Positions 39,422 to 48,792 of a stretch of DNA of 64,000 bases are shown here, one piece after another; position 1 is the stretch's first letter, and each line of letters starts with the position of its first letter. The notes beneath the pieces are model-generated. The model worked only from the letters and a program-made list of their open reading frames with translations. It had not been told where the DNA came from and did no database searches. The translations under genes and the position numbers were made by a program. The DNA is from a virus: positions 1 through 64,000 of IMG/VR virus record IMGVR_UViG_3300036834_000231, one strand, 5' to 3'.

Positions 39422-39457
39422 AAAAAAAAGCCCTGGTCCTCCGAAAAGGACCAGGGC
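39422..39457 (-). terminator. intrinsic terminator
   Basis: GCCCTGGTCCT-loop-AGGACCAGGGC followed by T8 on the minus strand. Confidence 0.75.
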
Positions 39458-39997
39458 CAAGAAGCATTGATCGAGAAGAGAGATTATGAATGCGACCGGA
39501 GCCAGAAAGAGGTGCTTAGCATGAGGGTCAGGGTTAATTTCTCCGGTCGATAGCATAGTGTCTCGCCGCCGCCGTTACTCTCACGATCAGAACGGCAGCT
39601 CATCCTGTGGAACGTGTTTTCGTTGTCGTACTTCCACGGAAATCTTCGTCATCCAGCATGGTTTCTCCTCCTTCTGTCTAGATCTTTCGTATTGACAGCC
39701 ACCGGCGAGCCAAGCGAGCGCCGGAATCGAGACGGTCTCGTCTTCGTCCACTTCTTCTTCGGGAATCATGCCGCATTACCTCCGCGAGCGCGAACACCCG
39801 TTTCTTGGAGTTAATTCTTACGAATCGTAATCCAGGCCTTCGGTGATATCATTCCCTGCAAGCAAGGTCCCCGCCTCGGGCCCGCTCTTCCTCCCGGCTG
39901 CCATGCCGGACCAAGGTCGCGCGGCACCTCTTCAAACGGATCACTGAACTGCTGTGGATAGACTACGTTCGAGGCGCCCTTGCTTTTCTCGAAGAAG

Positions 39998-40711
39998 ATG
40001 AACACCGCCCCCGTTCTACGAGCTGACCTAACTGCGATCGCTATGCCCGACCGCGTCGCCCGTCTGCCGCTCGATCCGCGTGGCTATCCTATTCCCTGGT
40101 TCGTGAACATCGACAAAGAGGGCGTGGCAGATTTCCGGATCATTGGCCCGGGCAAAGTCGAGCGCGCGGTCAAGCAAGGCGTGTGCTGGATCTGCGGCGA
40201 GCGTTTGGGCGTTAACCGGGCGTTCGTCATCGGCCCGATGTGCGCGATCAACCGCATCTCGTCGGAGCCGCCCTCGCATCGCGACTGCGCGGAGTATGGG
40301 GCGCGCGCCTGTCCGTTTCTTACCCGGCCGCACATGCGCCGCCGCGAGAACGATCTGCCAGAGGTAATCGTCCCGGCGGCCGGCTTTGGCGTGGACCGCA
40401 ATCCGGGCGCTACGCTTGTGTGGATCACCAAGGATTACGAGATTCGGAATGCCGAGCACGGCGCTCCTGGTTTGCTGTTTCATCTGGGCGATCCGCTCGA
40501 AACGCTCTGGTATGCGGAAGGGCGCGCGGCGACCGCGACGGAAATTTGGACGTCCGTTCGGACTGGCCTGCCCATTCTGTTCGAGCAAGCCCGAGCGCAA
40601 GGCCCGGAAGCGGTCCAGGACCTCAACGAAGCGTGCCGGCGCGCTCTGCCGCTCTTGCCGCGGCTTAGCGCCGGTGAAGGCCTGGAGGCTTACACCGCCC
40701 AAAGCTCATGA
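39998..40711 (+). CDS. conserved Cys/His hypothetical protein
   Basis: RGYPIPWFV..CWICG..GPMC..EPPSH.DCA.Y..ACPFL. Confidence 0.7.
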   Translation: MNTAPVLRADLTAIAMPDRVARLPLDPRGYPIPWFVNIDKEGVADFRIIGPGKVERAVKQGVCWICGERLGVNRAFVIGPMCAINRISSEPPSHRDCAEYGARACPFLTRPHMRRRENDLPEVIVPAAGFGVDRNPGATLVWITKDYEIRNAEHGAPGLLFHLGDPLETLWYAEGRAATATEIWTSVRTGLPILFEQARAQGPEAVQDLNEACRRALPLLPRLSAGEGLEAYTAQSS

Positions 40712-41265
40712 AGCCGCCGCCTGTCGTCGGGGCGCGCAATCACTTTCAGTCGACGCGCGAGATGGCGGAACTCGCGGTCGGGCGCCTGAAGCTCGAGGAG
40801 CCGTGGGTCTGGGACGACGCCATGCGGGCGCGTTTTCTCGAATGGCTCACCGGGTACTCGAATAGGCTGGTCGATTGGATAGCCGATAACTTTACGACCG
40901 GGGCGCAGCGTGGCATCGAGCAAACCGCCCATCTGCTGCAGAATCCCGATTACTACGAAACTCTCAAGAGGCGGCGCGAGCGGGGCCGCGAACGCATGAA
41001 AGCCGAGCAGGAGAGCCAGGAGCGCGAGCGGGAAGAACGCGCGCAGGGCGGCTACACGGCGGCAGAGATCCAGTCGGAGCGGGAGAGCTTAGAGGAGCAG
41101 ATTCGCTATCATGCCTCCTGCTCTGCCCAATTGCGCGCGCGCCTGGAAGCGCTGCCGACAAATCCCAAGCTCGTGCGGTTTACGGACCTCGCGAAACAAT
41201 CTAAAAACTGGACGGTTTCGGTGAACGGAGTGCGGCACCCGGCCGATCCGAACGATGCCAGCTAA
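40708..41265 (+). CDS. hypothetical coiled-coil protein
   Basis: ATGA overlap upstream; followed by hairpin 41270-41296. Confidence 0.55.
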   Translation: MKPPPVVGARNHFQSTREMAELAVGRLKLEEPWVWDDAMRARFLEWLTGYSNRLVDWIADNFTTGAQRGIEQTAHLLQNPDYYETLKRRRERGRERMKAEQESQEREREERAQGGYTAAEIQSERESLEEQIRYHASCSAQLRARLEALPTNPKLVRFTDLAKQSKNWTVSVNGVRHPADPNDAS

Positions 41266-41352
41266 AAAGGGAAACCCGGCTGTTAGGATGCCGGGTTTGT
41301 GTGCTGATCTAAGTGTATTGGGGTAGGTTGATGTACCCAGGGCGATCTTATC

Positions 41353-41565
41353 ATGAATCCGCAGCAGCATCCAGACGAAGATCATGTGTGTTTGATCGTA
41401 AGCCGGGCGCAAATTCCCATGCCGCTCGGCGAGGCGCAGCGGCGCGTTTTAGACGAGAATCTGGAGATCGATTCGGGGGGCCTGGTGTTCTTCTTCCGGG
41501 ATTGCCCGGAGGTGCGCTCGGTGCTTGGCTTGAGCCCGGGCGGCCGGCTGCTGCTCGAGGCTTAA
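41353..41565 (+). CDS. hypothetical protein
   Basis: Protein-like ORF. Confidence 0.4.
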   Translation: MNPQQHPDEDHVCLIVSRAQIPMPLGEAQRRVLDENLEIDSGGLVFFFRDCPEVRSVLGLSPGGRLLLEA

Positions 41566-41711
41566 AAAGGAACCATCGGCTATTCTGAAGTTTCCGCCTA
41601 ACGCTGGCAGAAGCGCGGTTGCTCGAAGCCTCCTAGGAGCTTCACTAAAGGCAAACCCCGCTATAAGAGAGCGGGGCTGCCAATCCGGTGAGGCGGAAAG
41701 GAGTTCCGCCG

Positions 41712-41789
41712 ATGGAACACCTGGTGCTGTTGCTGCTCCTGCTGTTTAGGAGACGCCGGCTCAAGATACGGCTCGAAATCGAGTTGTAG
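41712..41789 (+). CDS. 25-aa peptide MEHLVLLLLLLFRRRRLKIRLEIEL, putative type I toxin (locus A)
   Basis: AGGAG in the loop of a GGCGGAA/TTCCGCC hairpin; flanking hairpins; antisense extended -10 TGATATCAT at ~41841-41849. Confidence 0.6.
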   Translation: MEHLVLLLLLLFRRRRLKIRLEIEL

Positions 41790-42247
41790 TTGATGCCGAA
41801 AGGGATTGGCGGGAGCGAACCGCTGATCCCTTCAGCACCGATGATATCAAAAGAGGCCCTTTAAAACAGCAAACCCGCCTTCGCAAGAGGCGGGTCAGCC
41901 TCCGGTTTCCGCCAGATTTTTGAAATGCTCGGCCAATTTACCAAAGGCATCATCCAGGTTGTCGGCTTCGAATTTACAATCTGCCTTCAAATGAAATGTC
42001 GGCATCGGTGCGCTTCTCCACTAGGTTCATCGCGGCCAACTGGCGGCGTTCCTGCGAATCCTTGGGATAGAGAAATTGGGCGAATTCGAGCAAGGTATCC
42101 GCCAAGGCACAGCGGATAAAATCCAACGTATTCTTCATATGGATCGCAGCACGAAGAGAGCTATTCCCATTATCGCGAGCCACAGGAAGATGAGCAGCAG
42201 AAGCATGCTGACGTCTATTTCCTTCAACGAGCGAAGGAGTCTAGACC

Positions 42248-42595
42248 TCAATGCACGACCTCGCTCGTTAAATTGTCGTCCTTGAGCAAGACCTCGTAGA
42301 TGCGGAGATCCTGCCGGCCGATTTCGAGGTAGCGCACGCAATTGGGATAGAGCTCGGTGGCGCGTACGCTCTCGATCATGCCGTCGAGGACGGCCGAGAC
42401 GCAGCGGGCGGCGGCACCCTGGTTATCGGGGCTGGCGAGGGCTAATTGCAGATTAGAGGCGACGGCGAGCAGGGAGGCGATGTCCATGTCGACCGTGATG
42501 CGCGCGCGCGGATCGCGGCTGGGATCGACCTCTGCGGTGGCTTGCGCGATAATCTCTTCCCACTGCTTGACAACTGCGGGATCAGGAGGTTTCAT
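42248..42595 (-). CDS. hypothetical protein
   Basis: GGAGGAG RBS; LLAVASNLQLAL..P.N.G motif. Confidence 0.6.
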   Translation of the reverse strand: MKPPDPAVVKQWEEIIAQATAEVDPSRDPRARITVDMDIASLLAVASNLQLALASPDNQGAAARCVSAVLDGMIESVRATELYPNCVRYLEIGRQDLRIYEVLLKDDNLTSEVVH

Positions 42596-42959
42596 GACTC
42601 CTCCGTTTTACGTAGTCATCGACGACGCTATTCATTTTGCGCCTTCCCTCTTTGAGCACGGTGGCGGCGTCCGCGAGCGACAAGCCGGTATCGGCGGCGA
42701 GGGATTCAACAGTGTTGTCGGCGGTGCGCAGGGCTTCGCGCGAATCGGCATGCGAGAGCGCGCAAGCGAAGCATATGGTCCGGACGGACTCTGGATTGTT
42801 TCGGATCAGTTCGACGGACGATGGAGACATCCACGCATCGCCGTGACAAAGGAAGCAACTGAACCTGGTTTGCGAGGCGATCATATCCGCTTCTGGGATA
42901 TACTTGCCCATGCCCACGATGACGACTACTTCTTGAGGCATTTTCAGGAAGGATATCAC
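42582..42959 (-). CDS. hypothetical zinc-binding protein (start uncertain)
   Basis: CFLC..W..ICFAC. Confidence 0.5.
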   Translation of the reverse strand: MISFLKMPQEVVVIVGMGKYIPEADMIASQTRFSCFLCHGDAWMSPSSVELIRNNPESVRTICFACALSHADSREALRTADNTVESLAADTGLSLADAATVLKEGRRKMNSVVDDYVKRRSHETS

Positions 42960-43027
42960 GGCGCCATCATCGGTGGTATCGCGATGGTATGACCGCGTAA
43001 TATAAAGCGAGTGGCAGGTTTATAAGT

Positions 43028-43249
43028 ATGAACGATTTTGGATGGGCCTTAAGGCAACTCCACAATGGAGCTAAGGTATCGCGCTCGGGCTGGAACGGCA
43101 AAGGCATGTGGCTTCACCTGCAAGTGCCTGACGAGCACAGTAAGATGACCTTGCCCTACATTTACATGTTTACAGCCCAAGGCGATCTGGTGCCATGGCT
43201 CGCTAGTCAAACCGACGTATTGGCATTTGATTGGGCGTCCGCTGAATGA
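43028..43249 (+). CDS. Tad2-like (DUF2829) anti-Thoeris nucleotide sponge
   Basis: DFGWAL..L..G.KV.R.GWNGKGM.L..PYIYM.T..G.LVPWLASQTD.LA.DW. Confidence 0.85.
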   Translation: MNDFGWALRQLHNGAKVSRSGWNGKGMWLHLQVPDEHSKMTLPYIYMFTAQGDLVPWLASQTDVLAFDWASAE

Positions 43250-43746
43250 ATCAGATCGTCGGCAAGCAAGCGAACGGGCGGGATTACGTGGCGCTGGTGC
43301 TCGAACCGGGCAATCTGCACCGGCTGCAGAAGAAGCAGCCTATCACGGTGCGCATCGAGGATTTGTTCCCGGCCGGCATCCCGCGCAAATTGACTGTGCT
43401 GATTTCGTTCAGCGCGACGCCGCAGGCCGATGCGAAGAGGCTGCGCGAGACAGCCGAAGTGACGTTCGACGAGCGCACGCCCGTCAGCGAGAAGAAGAGA
43501 CCGCATTGTCCAGAGTGCCGCTCGACGGTCGAGACGCTTGGCGTCTGGCGCAACGATTCGCCGCTGTGGCTGGTGTTTTGCCCGGTTTGCGGTTGCACAC
43601 TCGGCATCGTACCGAAAGAGAAGGAGCCGGCCTGGAAAGCGGAACTCAGCAAAGCAGAGCCCGTGCGCAGTGATGAATCAAAAGAAGTGCTTGACGAAGT
43701 AGTCGATCCACCACACGCACAGCGCGACGAGCAAAATCATAAGTAG
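43246..43746 (+). CDS. hypothetical protein with zinc ribbon
   Basis: LVLEPGNL.RL..PI; CPEC..CPVCG. Confidence 0.55.
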   Translation: MNQIVGKQANGRDYVALVLEPGNLHRLQKKQPITVRIEDLFPAGIPRKLTVLISFSATPQADAKRLRETAEVTFDERTPVSEKKRPHCPECRSTVETLGVWRNDSPLWLVFCPVCGCTLGIVPKEKEPAWKAELSKAEPVRSDESKEVLDEVVDPPHAQRDEQNHK

Positions 43747-43828
43747 AGCAAAGAGCAGTATGTGAGCAACGTCATTCGAGAGCATCGAGACGCTCACGTG
43801 TTCGCTTGGCCGATTCGGAATGCGCAGC

Positions 43829-44041
43829 TCATGAGGATATCAGGCCCTTGGCTTTAGCTTCCGGGTAATCGACCCAGCGCCAACCGAGAAAGCAGCGCAC
43901 AAAGGCGCGGTGAATCCACCAGGGCCGCTTGGCCGCCACTACGTAAAAGTCGGGGAACAGCACGAACACGCCGGCCTGTGGCGGCGGCGTAAAAGGGCGG
44001 CACGCGGTCTTTCCAGATTCGTCTGGTTCGATGCGGGGCAT
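43829..44041 (-). CDS. hypothetical protein
   Basis: RPWWIHRAFVR.FLGWRW motif common in phage small proteins. Confidence 0.5.
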   Translation of the reverse strand: MPRIEPDESGKTACRPFTPPPQAGVFVLFPDFYVVAAKRPWWIHRAFVRCFLGWRWVDYPEAKAKGLISS

Positions 44042-44079
44042 GAGAGGAAAAGCATATCACGCCTTGATATCCTAGCGAT

Positions 44080-44406
44080 ATGTCTGTCGACAACTTCCAA
44101 GAGATCGCCCAGGAGATCGTCAACAAGGCCCAGCGGGCGGTGGACGATGTGATCGATCGACAGGGAAAAGCCGCCAAGGGCGCCTGGAAAGTGCAAGCCG
44201 GCGTGGTGCCGGGGAGTCGAATCGCAGAATACGATCGGGTATGGTTCTACACAGTCGAAGACTACGATCGGGACGGCGAGCACGCGAACGATCCGAAGTA
44301 CCTCACCAAATACAACGAGCTTCAGTGGGAAGCCATGCGCTACTACTTGCAGATCTCCGATCCACGGGTGAACAACTGGGCGGATCTGCAGTTCATCTGG
44401 TATTAG
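44080..44406 (+). CDS. hypothetical protein
   Basis: Extended -10 TGATATCCT six nt before the ATG; acidic/aromatic composition. Confidence 0.55.
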   Translation: MSVDNFQEIAQEIVNKAQRAVDDVIDRQGKAAKGAWKVQAGVVPGSRIAEYDRVWFYTVEDYDRDGEHANDPKYLTKYNELQWEAMRYYLQISDPRVNNWADLQFIWY

Positions 44407-44486
44407 CCCCCAAACTTTCTTGATAGAGTGAATGGGTCAGGACTGCGATAACCTTCACGTCATAACTCTTCGTCTTTTGGTAATAC

Positions 44487-44526
44487 ACAAGCCCGGCTCT
44501 TCCTCGGAGCCGGGTTTGTTTTTTTG
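44487..44526 (+). terminator. intrinsic terminator
   Basis: CAAGCCCGGCTC-loop-GAGCCGGGTTTG followed by a T run. Confidence 0.75.
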
Positions 44527-44556
44527 GGGCAACGCCATTTTCACACGCCAAGGCGC

Positions 44557-44585
44557 TTGCATTATTCAATCTAGTTTGATATCAT
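44557..44585 (+). promoter_or_regulatory. sigma70-type promoter for peptide locus B
   Basis: TTGCAT-17 bp-TATCAT with TG extension. Confidence 0.6.
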
Positions 44586-44715
44586 ACAAGTATGGCGGGA
44601 AGCGGTTGGAACGAAGGATGGGCAATCGGCAACGATGCACCTAGGGCGTCGAGTCGATTGGCCGGAGTTACGAGCTCCGGCCTTTCAATCCTACTCGCCG
44701 TAGGAGGTGATCTGT

Positions 44716-44787
44716 ATGCACCTCGTGCTGAAGGTGGTCTTGATTTTTGGGACCATAGTGCTGAAGTTGCGGTGGAAACGCCGTTAA
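44716..44787 (+). CDS. 23-aa peptide MHLVLKVVLIFGTIVLKLRWKRR, putative type I toxin (locus B)
   Basis: AGGAGGTG SD paired with upstream TCCTAC; 3' hairpin; antisense -10 TATACT at ~44832-44837. Confidence 0.65.
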   Translation: MHLVLKVVLIFGTIVLKLRWKRR

Positions 44788-44860
44788 TCCAGGCACAGGA
44801 GGCGGCGGCCCACCCGTCGCCTTCCTTCTTCAGTATACCGCCAATTCAAACTAGTTCGAT

Positions 44861-45067
44861 ATGACAGACTACAAGGCGAGTTGGGATCTAGCCTCAATCC
44901 CAGACCAGGAGTTTTTTTCGGAACTTGGCCGCCGCAATGCTGCGAAGCGGAGCAAGCCGCTGGGCGGCGCCCGGCCCGGGGCTGGCCGCAAGGCAACTAT
45001 GGCGCCGTGTCCGCGCTGCGGTCAATTGGTGACGGCCACGCAAGCGCGCCGCGGTCACGGTTGCTGA
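44861..45067 (+). CDS. small basic protein, GGARPGAGRK (AT-hook-like) plus zinc knuckle
   Basis: SELGRR..GGARPGAGRK..CPRCG..HGC. Confidence 0.6.
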   Translation: MTDYKASWDLASIPDQEFFSELGRRNAAKRSKPLGGARPGAGRKATMAPCPRCGQLVTATQARRGHGC

Positions 45068-45236
45068 GCCTCCAGAACGCCTTTACGCCGCAAACTCTCT
45101 TCGATCTCGTCTAAATCCAGACCCTCGAAGCCAGGATCAAAATTATCTTCGCACTCTGAGTCGGCAACGCAGGAGCGTAGGTATTGGAGCTCGTCACGAG
45201 TCAGAGTTACGGTGATCTCTTGCGTTTCTTCGGGGC

Positions 45237-45590
45237 TCATGCAGTTCTTTCGGGGCCGAACTCGAACGCATGGTGCTCCGAGCCGTCCGGGAAGATGACC
45301 ACGATCGGCGATAGACGAAACAAGCCATAGCCCGCGTAATCGCAAGGTTGGCGCTTGGCGCCCGTCGGGTTCTCGCCGAAGGCCTTCGGCGAGTCAGGCA
45401 GATAGCGGCTGAGGCATTCGCACGTGGCGCTGTCCGGGGTCGCGCCCTGATCTTTGAATTGCCGGAAGTCCTCGATCGAGGCGACGTGGCCGCAGACGGG
45501 GCATCCAAAACGCCAGCAGAAAATGTCAGGTCCGAAGCGCCGCGTGCCCTCGTCGAGCCACTCCTGATGGGTCATTCGAGCGGGCATATC
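45237..45590 (-). CDS. VVA0879-like conserved phage protein (start uncertain)
   Basis: W..EG..RFG.D...WRF.CP.CG.VAS..DF..EC..R..CDYAGYGLF. Confidence 0.65.
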   Translation of the reverse strand, partial: DMPARMTHQEWLDEGTRRFGPDIFCWRFGCPVCGHVASIEDFRQFKDQGATPDSATCECLSRYLPDSPKAFGENPTGAKRQPCDYAGYGLFRLSPIVVIFPDGSEHHAFEFGPERTA

Positions 45591-46465
45591 GCGCTGACCT
45601 CCTCGATGAAGCGGATCGCCCATTCGAGCGCAGATTGCTCAGACTTGTCAAAGTCGGGGTCGCCGCGGTGCGTGGCAATGCGATGAGTGAGCCAGTCACA
45701 CCGCCGGCGCAGCCGGTCGAGGCGGTCCAATTCCTTGGGCGTCAACGTGGTACGGATCGCGAGAGGTTTACTCACGATGACTTCTTCCGCAGGGAATTGC
45801 GAAAGGAAAATGGTATCACGGTAACCATCATGTTAAAGAGTCTCAGCTTTCTTAAGCTGCTGAGCAAGCTACGGTTTGTGCAACAGGCTCTCGCACTGCC
45901 GGGCCTCGGGCACTTTCTCTGCGATCTGTTCGCATAGCCCTTGCAGAAAACCGTGCAGCCACATGAGCTGCTCTTTGTCCTGCTCGCCGGCCACTTCATC
46001 TTGCAGGCCGTGCGCGAACTTGACGATCAAGTCGTTCATGATTCGAAGACCGGAGAGCCCGTCTAGAGCCCTCCGGCGCTCCGCATATTTGCGAAGTTTC
46101 TGAGAACTCCTCTCAGTCTACCCGAAAGCCCGGTGGCCCAGAGCAGTTGTCGCCTTGCGCTTTCATGGTCGGCGCTGCAGAATGGCGCGCTCCATGGGCG
46201 AGTGCTTGGCGCAGGCCCAGTACCTGGTCGTTCGAATGAGGAACGCGCAGGTTCCCGGCTGGCCGGGACGGCAAACCGCCGCCACGTGTTCTTCCGTCAC
46301 CGGCGCCGGGTCGTCGCGTTCGGGAATCAGCACCTGCCCATGATGCCATGGCAGTTGTCCACTTTTTTTCGGGATACTAGGGCCCTTGCCGCTCTGCTGC
46401 TTAGGAGACGACAGAGCAAGGAATTTTAAGCACAGGATGCGTCCTTATGCTACAGTCCCGATTGA

Positions 46466-46620
46466 CAGAAGGGAAAAGCCGGGAGTAAGGTCCCGGCTTC
46501 TCCGATACCACTTCCAGCTAAGGAGGTGATCGTACTTGGTCATCAGACTCAGACTGGCCCTATTTTTGGTAGGGTCGCTAAAATTCTACCTCTCCCTGCA
46601 AAGGGCGCGGTAGCGACCTC
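46466..46620 (-). ncRNA. putative antisense antitoxin RNA of locus C
   Basis: Minus-strand -10 TAAACT (~46621-46626) and terminator GCCGGGA/TCCCGGC+TTTT, conserved in locus D. Confidence 0.5.
46536..46613 (+). CDS. 25-aa peptide MVIRLRLALFLVGSLKFYLSLQRAR, putative type I toxin (locus C)
   Basis: AAGGAGGTGA SD with TTG start; mostly synonymous divergence from locus D. Confidence 0.75.
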   Translation: MVIRLRLALFLVGSLKFYLSLQRAR

Positions 46621-46653
46621 AGTTTACGACAGCAGCAAGCGCGCGAGAAAGCC

Positions 46654-46872
46654 ATGAAACGCCACGATCTGCCAGCCGAGTATTTCCCGTTCACGATCGA
46701 AGCCATCAACCCGGCGACCGGCCAGGTGGTTTGGTTCCGGCGCGTGGACAAACCGGATGGAGTTCTTAAGCTCGAGATTCCGCCGCTCGCGCGCCAGCTC
46801 GGGCATCCGGTTTCGATCCGCTTGGTCTTTGCTGACGGCTCAGTCGAAGAAGGCGGCGAGCTCTTAACATAG
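46654..46872 (+). CDS. hypothetical protein
   Basis: Protein-like ORF between loci C and D. Confidence 0.5.
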   Translation: MKRHDLPAEYFPFTIEAINPATGQVVWFRRVDKPDGVLKLEIPPLARQLGHPVSIRLVFADGSVEEGGELLT

Positions 46873-47042
46873 GCCCAAGTCTTGCCACGGCAGTTGTCCG
46901 CCTTCCCCGGACGACTGGTTTCGCATTCTGGGAACTGCTAGTGCTGCTAGCTCTTCGAGCATAGCAAGCGTTTACAATGGAAATTCCTAGGCCGAAAGGT
47001 TGGAGAGGCGAGCGTTCTTTTGTCGGCTATTCAGTTCGGCCG

Positions 47043-47232
47043 AGAAGGGAAAAGCCGGGATAGCGTCCCGGCTCTCCAATACCACTTCCGGTTAGGGAGG
47101 TGATCGTTTTGATCATCCGAATACGGCTGGCCCTATTCCTAATAGGGTCACTGGAGTTCTATCTCTCCCTGCGAAGGGCTAGATAAATTCCGGTTGGGTC
47201 GTCAGCCTCGCACGCTGGCGGCCCACCGTATT
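47043..47232 (-). ncRNA. putative antisense antitoxin RNA of locus D
   Basis: Minus-strand TAAACT (~47235-47240), internal hairpin ~47196-47225, terminator 47050-47072. Confidence 0.5.
47109..47186 (+). CDS. 25-aa peptide MIIRIRLALFLIGSLEFYLSLRRAR, putative type I toxin (locus D)
   Basis: GGGAGGTGA SD with TTG start; paralog of locus C with conserved length and stop position. Confidence 0.75.
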   Translation: MIIRIRLALFLIGSLEFYLSLRRAR

Positions 47233-47256
47233 CAGTTTACGACAACAGCAGGCCGC

Positions 47257-47793
47257 TCATTTCCGTTCGCGCAGCTCGCGCCAAACCTCGGCCAGGCTGA
47301 TCGTGGCGCCGTTCGTCAGCTTAAACTCCTCCAAGCGATCGAGTTGTCGACGCTCGCGGTTCCAAATCCAGGCGCTCTCGGCTTGCGGGTCGGCGAGGTA
47401 CACCTGCTCGATGCCGATACGGACGTACTCTTCGCACTTGGCCAGGACTCGCGTCATGGCGTCGTCCGGAGACAGAATCTCGATCACTATCTCGATCTGA
47501 CCGGGCTCGGTCGGGTAAGGCGTCGGGATGCTCTGCCGGCCGGCGGCGACATCCGGCCGCGGTGCGAACTCGGGATCCAGCCGCAGATCCAATTCCGTCG
47601 CCGCCTTGTAGCCCGCTCGCCTAAGTGCCTCGCTCAAAATCACTTGCAGTAGGGAATGCAGCCAGGTGGCCATGCTTTTTTCGACCAGCGCGCCGTGCCA
47701 GAATTCGTACGGTCGCTCGCTCGATTGATAGAGCAGCGCAAACTCTTGAAAAGTGAGCGGTCCGGCTACGGCGGCCATGTCTTCAGCCATCAT
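47257..47793 (-). CDS. Uma2/DUF820 family endonuclease
   Basis: EFWHG..H..LQ..RPDV..IVIEILSPDD..K..Y..G..V..DP. Confidence 0.88.
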   Translation of the reverse strand: MMAEDMAAVAGPLTFQEFALLYQSSERPYEFWHGALVEKSMATWLHSLLQVILSEALRRAGYKAATELDLRLDPEFAPRPDVAAGRQSIPTPYPTEPGQIEIVIEILSPDDAMTRVLAKCEEYVRIGIEQVYLADPQAESAWIWNRERRQLDRLEEFKLTNGATISLAEVWRELRERK

Positions 47794-47855
47794 GCCACGG
47801 CAGGTAAACCACTACTTCTTTGAGTCTCGGTTCGGTCGAGCCACCGAGCAGTCTC

Positions 47856-48416
47856 CTACAAGTTCACGCCCGCGAAAATCTCAGGGAGGGCAACTTCGAA
47901 CGGCCATTCCATGCGGCCCGCCCGAATGATTTCCGGGGTCGGATCTTCGGGCCTGTAAACCAGTACAACCTGTTTGGTTAGTTCGACCTCTACGACTGCC
48001 CCGGCTCCTGCTTCGAGGTACAAGCCCACTTTCTGCAAACGTTTCGCCCGGCGCTCCGAGGGCGAAATCACCTCGACCACAAAGAGCGGCTTTCCCTCGA
48101 ACCAGCGGCCGCCACGCAGCGAATCCTCGTAATCGCCGGCTGAGAGCACCATCAAGTCCGGACCAGGCACGTTGTCGCGGCCGGTCGGCGATTGGAAATG
48201 CCAGCCGGCTTCCCGGACCACCCGGTGAAGCAGGAACTGCTTCTCTAACAACCGCTCCAGATTCTTGACCACGACCACATGGGGCGTCATCGGAAAGGGC
48301 GCCAAGACCTGCTCTCCTTCAATCAGCTCATCTCGGTACCAAATCCCGTCGATGACTCGCTCGTCGAGCTTCGCGTATTCTGCCGCGGTCCAGAGCGCAT
48401 CCGCTTTCGCAGCCAT
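47856..48416 (-). CDS. Uma2/DUF820 family endonuclease
   Basis: ELIEG..P..H..PDLMV..P.FVVEVISPS..K..YL.AG. Confidence 0.88.
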   Translation of the reverse strand: MAAKADALWTAAEYAKLDERVIDGIWYRDELIEGEQVLAPFPMTPHVVVVKNLERLLEKQFLLHRVVREAGWHFQSPTGRDNVPGPDLMVLSAGDYEDSLRGGRWFEGKPLFVVEVISPSERRAKRLQKVGLYLEAGAGAVVEVELTKQVVLVYRPEDPTPEIIRAGRMEWPFEVALPEIFAGVNL

Positions 48417-48792
48417 GCAGCCATGATGCCACGGCCCGCCGCGCCCATTTGCCACAACCCCGCGCTTTTTCCCCCCAACTTCAGCACTTTTCCCTCCGAC
48501 TTGGCCACTTTTCCTTCAACTTTCCTCCCTTTTTGCCCTTTTCCCGCCCCTTTTCTTATCCTGCTGCAAAACTAGCATGCGCCTTCTTATCAACACCTTA
48601 CCAACCGCCCCCCGCTGCTGGGTGCGTGGGGATCGGCGCCCCCGCGCCTCTGCGTTTTTTTTCAACGATTTTCCCGGCTGCGCGCCAATCCCAACGGCAT
48701 TCGAGCTTGGTGCCCATTTTGCAGCTAAGTCCATTGTAATGTTGGGGTTGATTGACAGCATACACAATTGTATGGCACAATAGTGAATGTAG

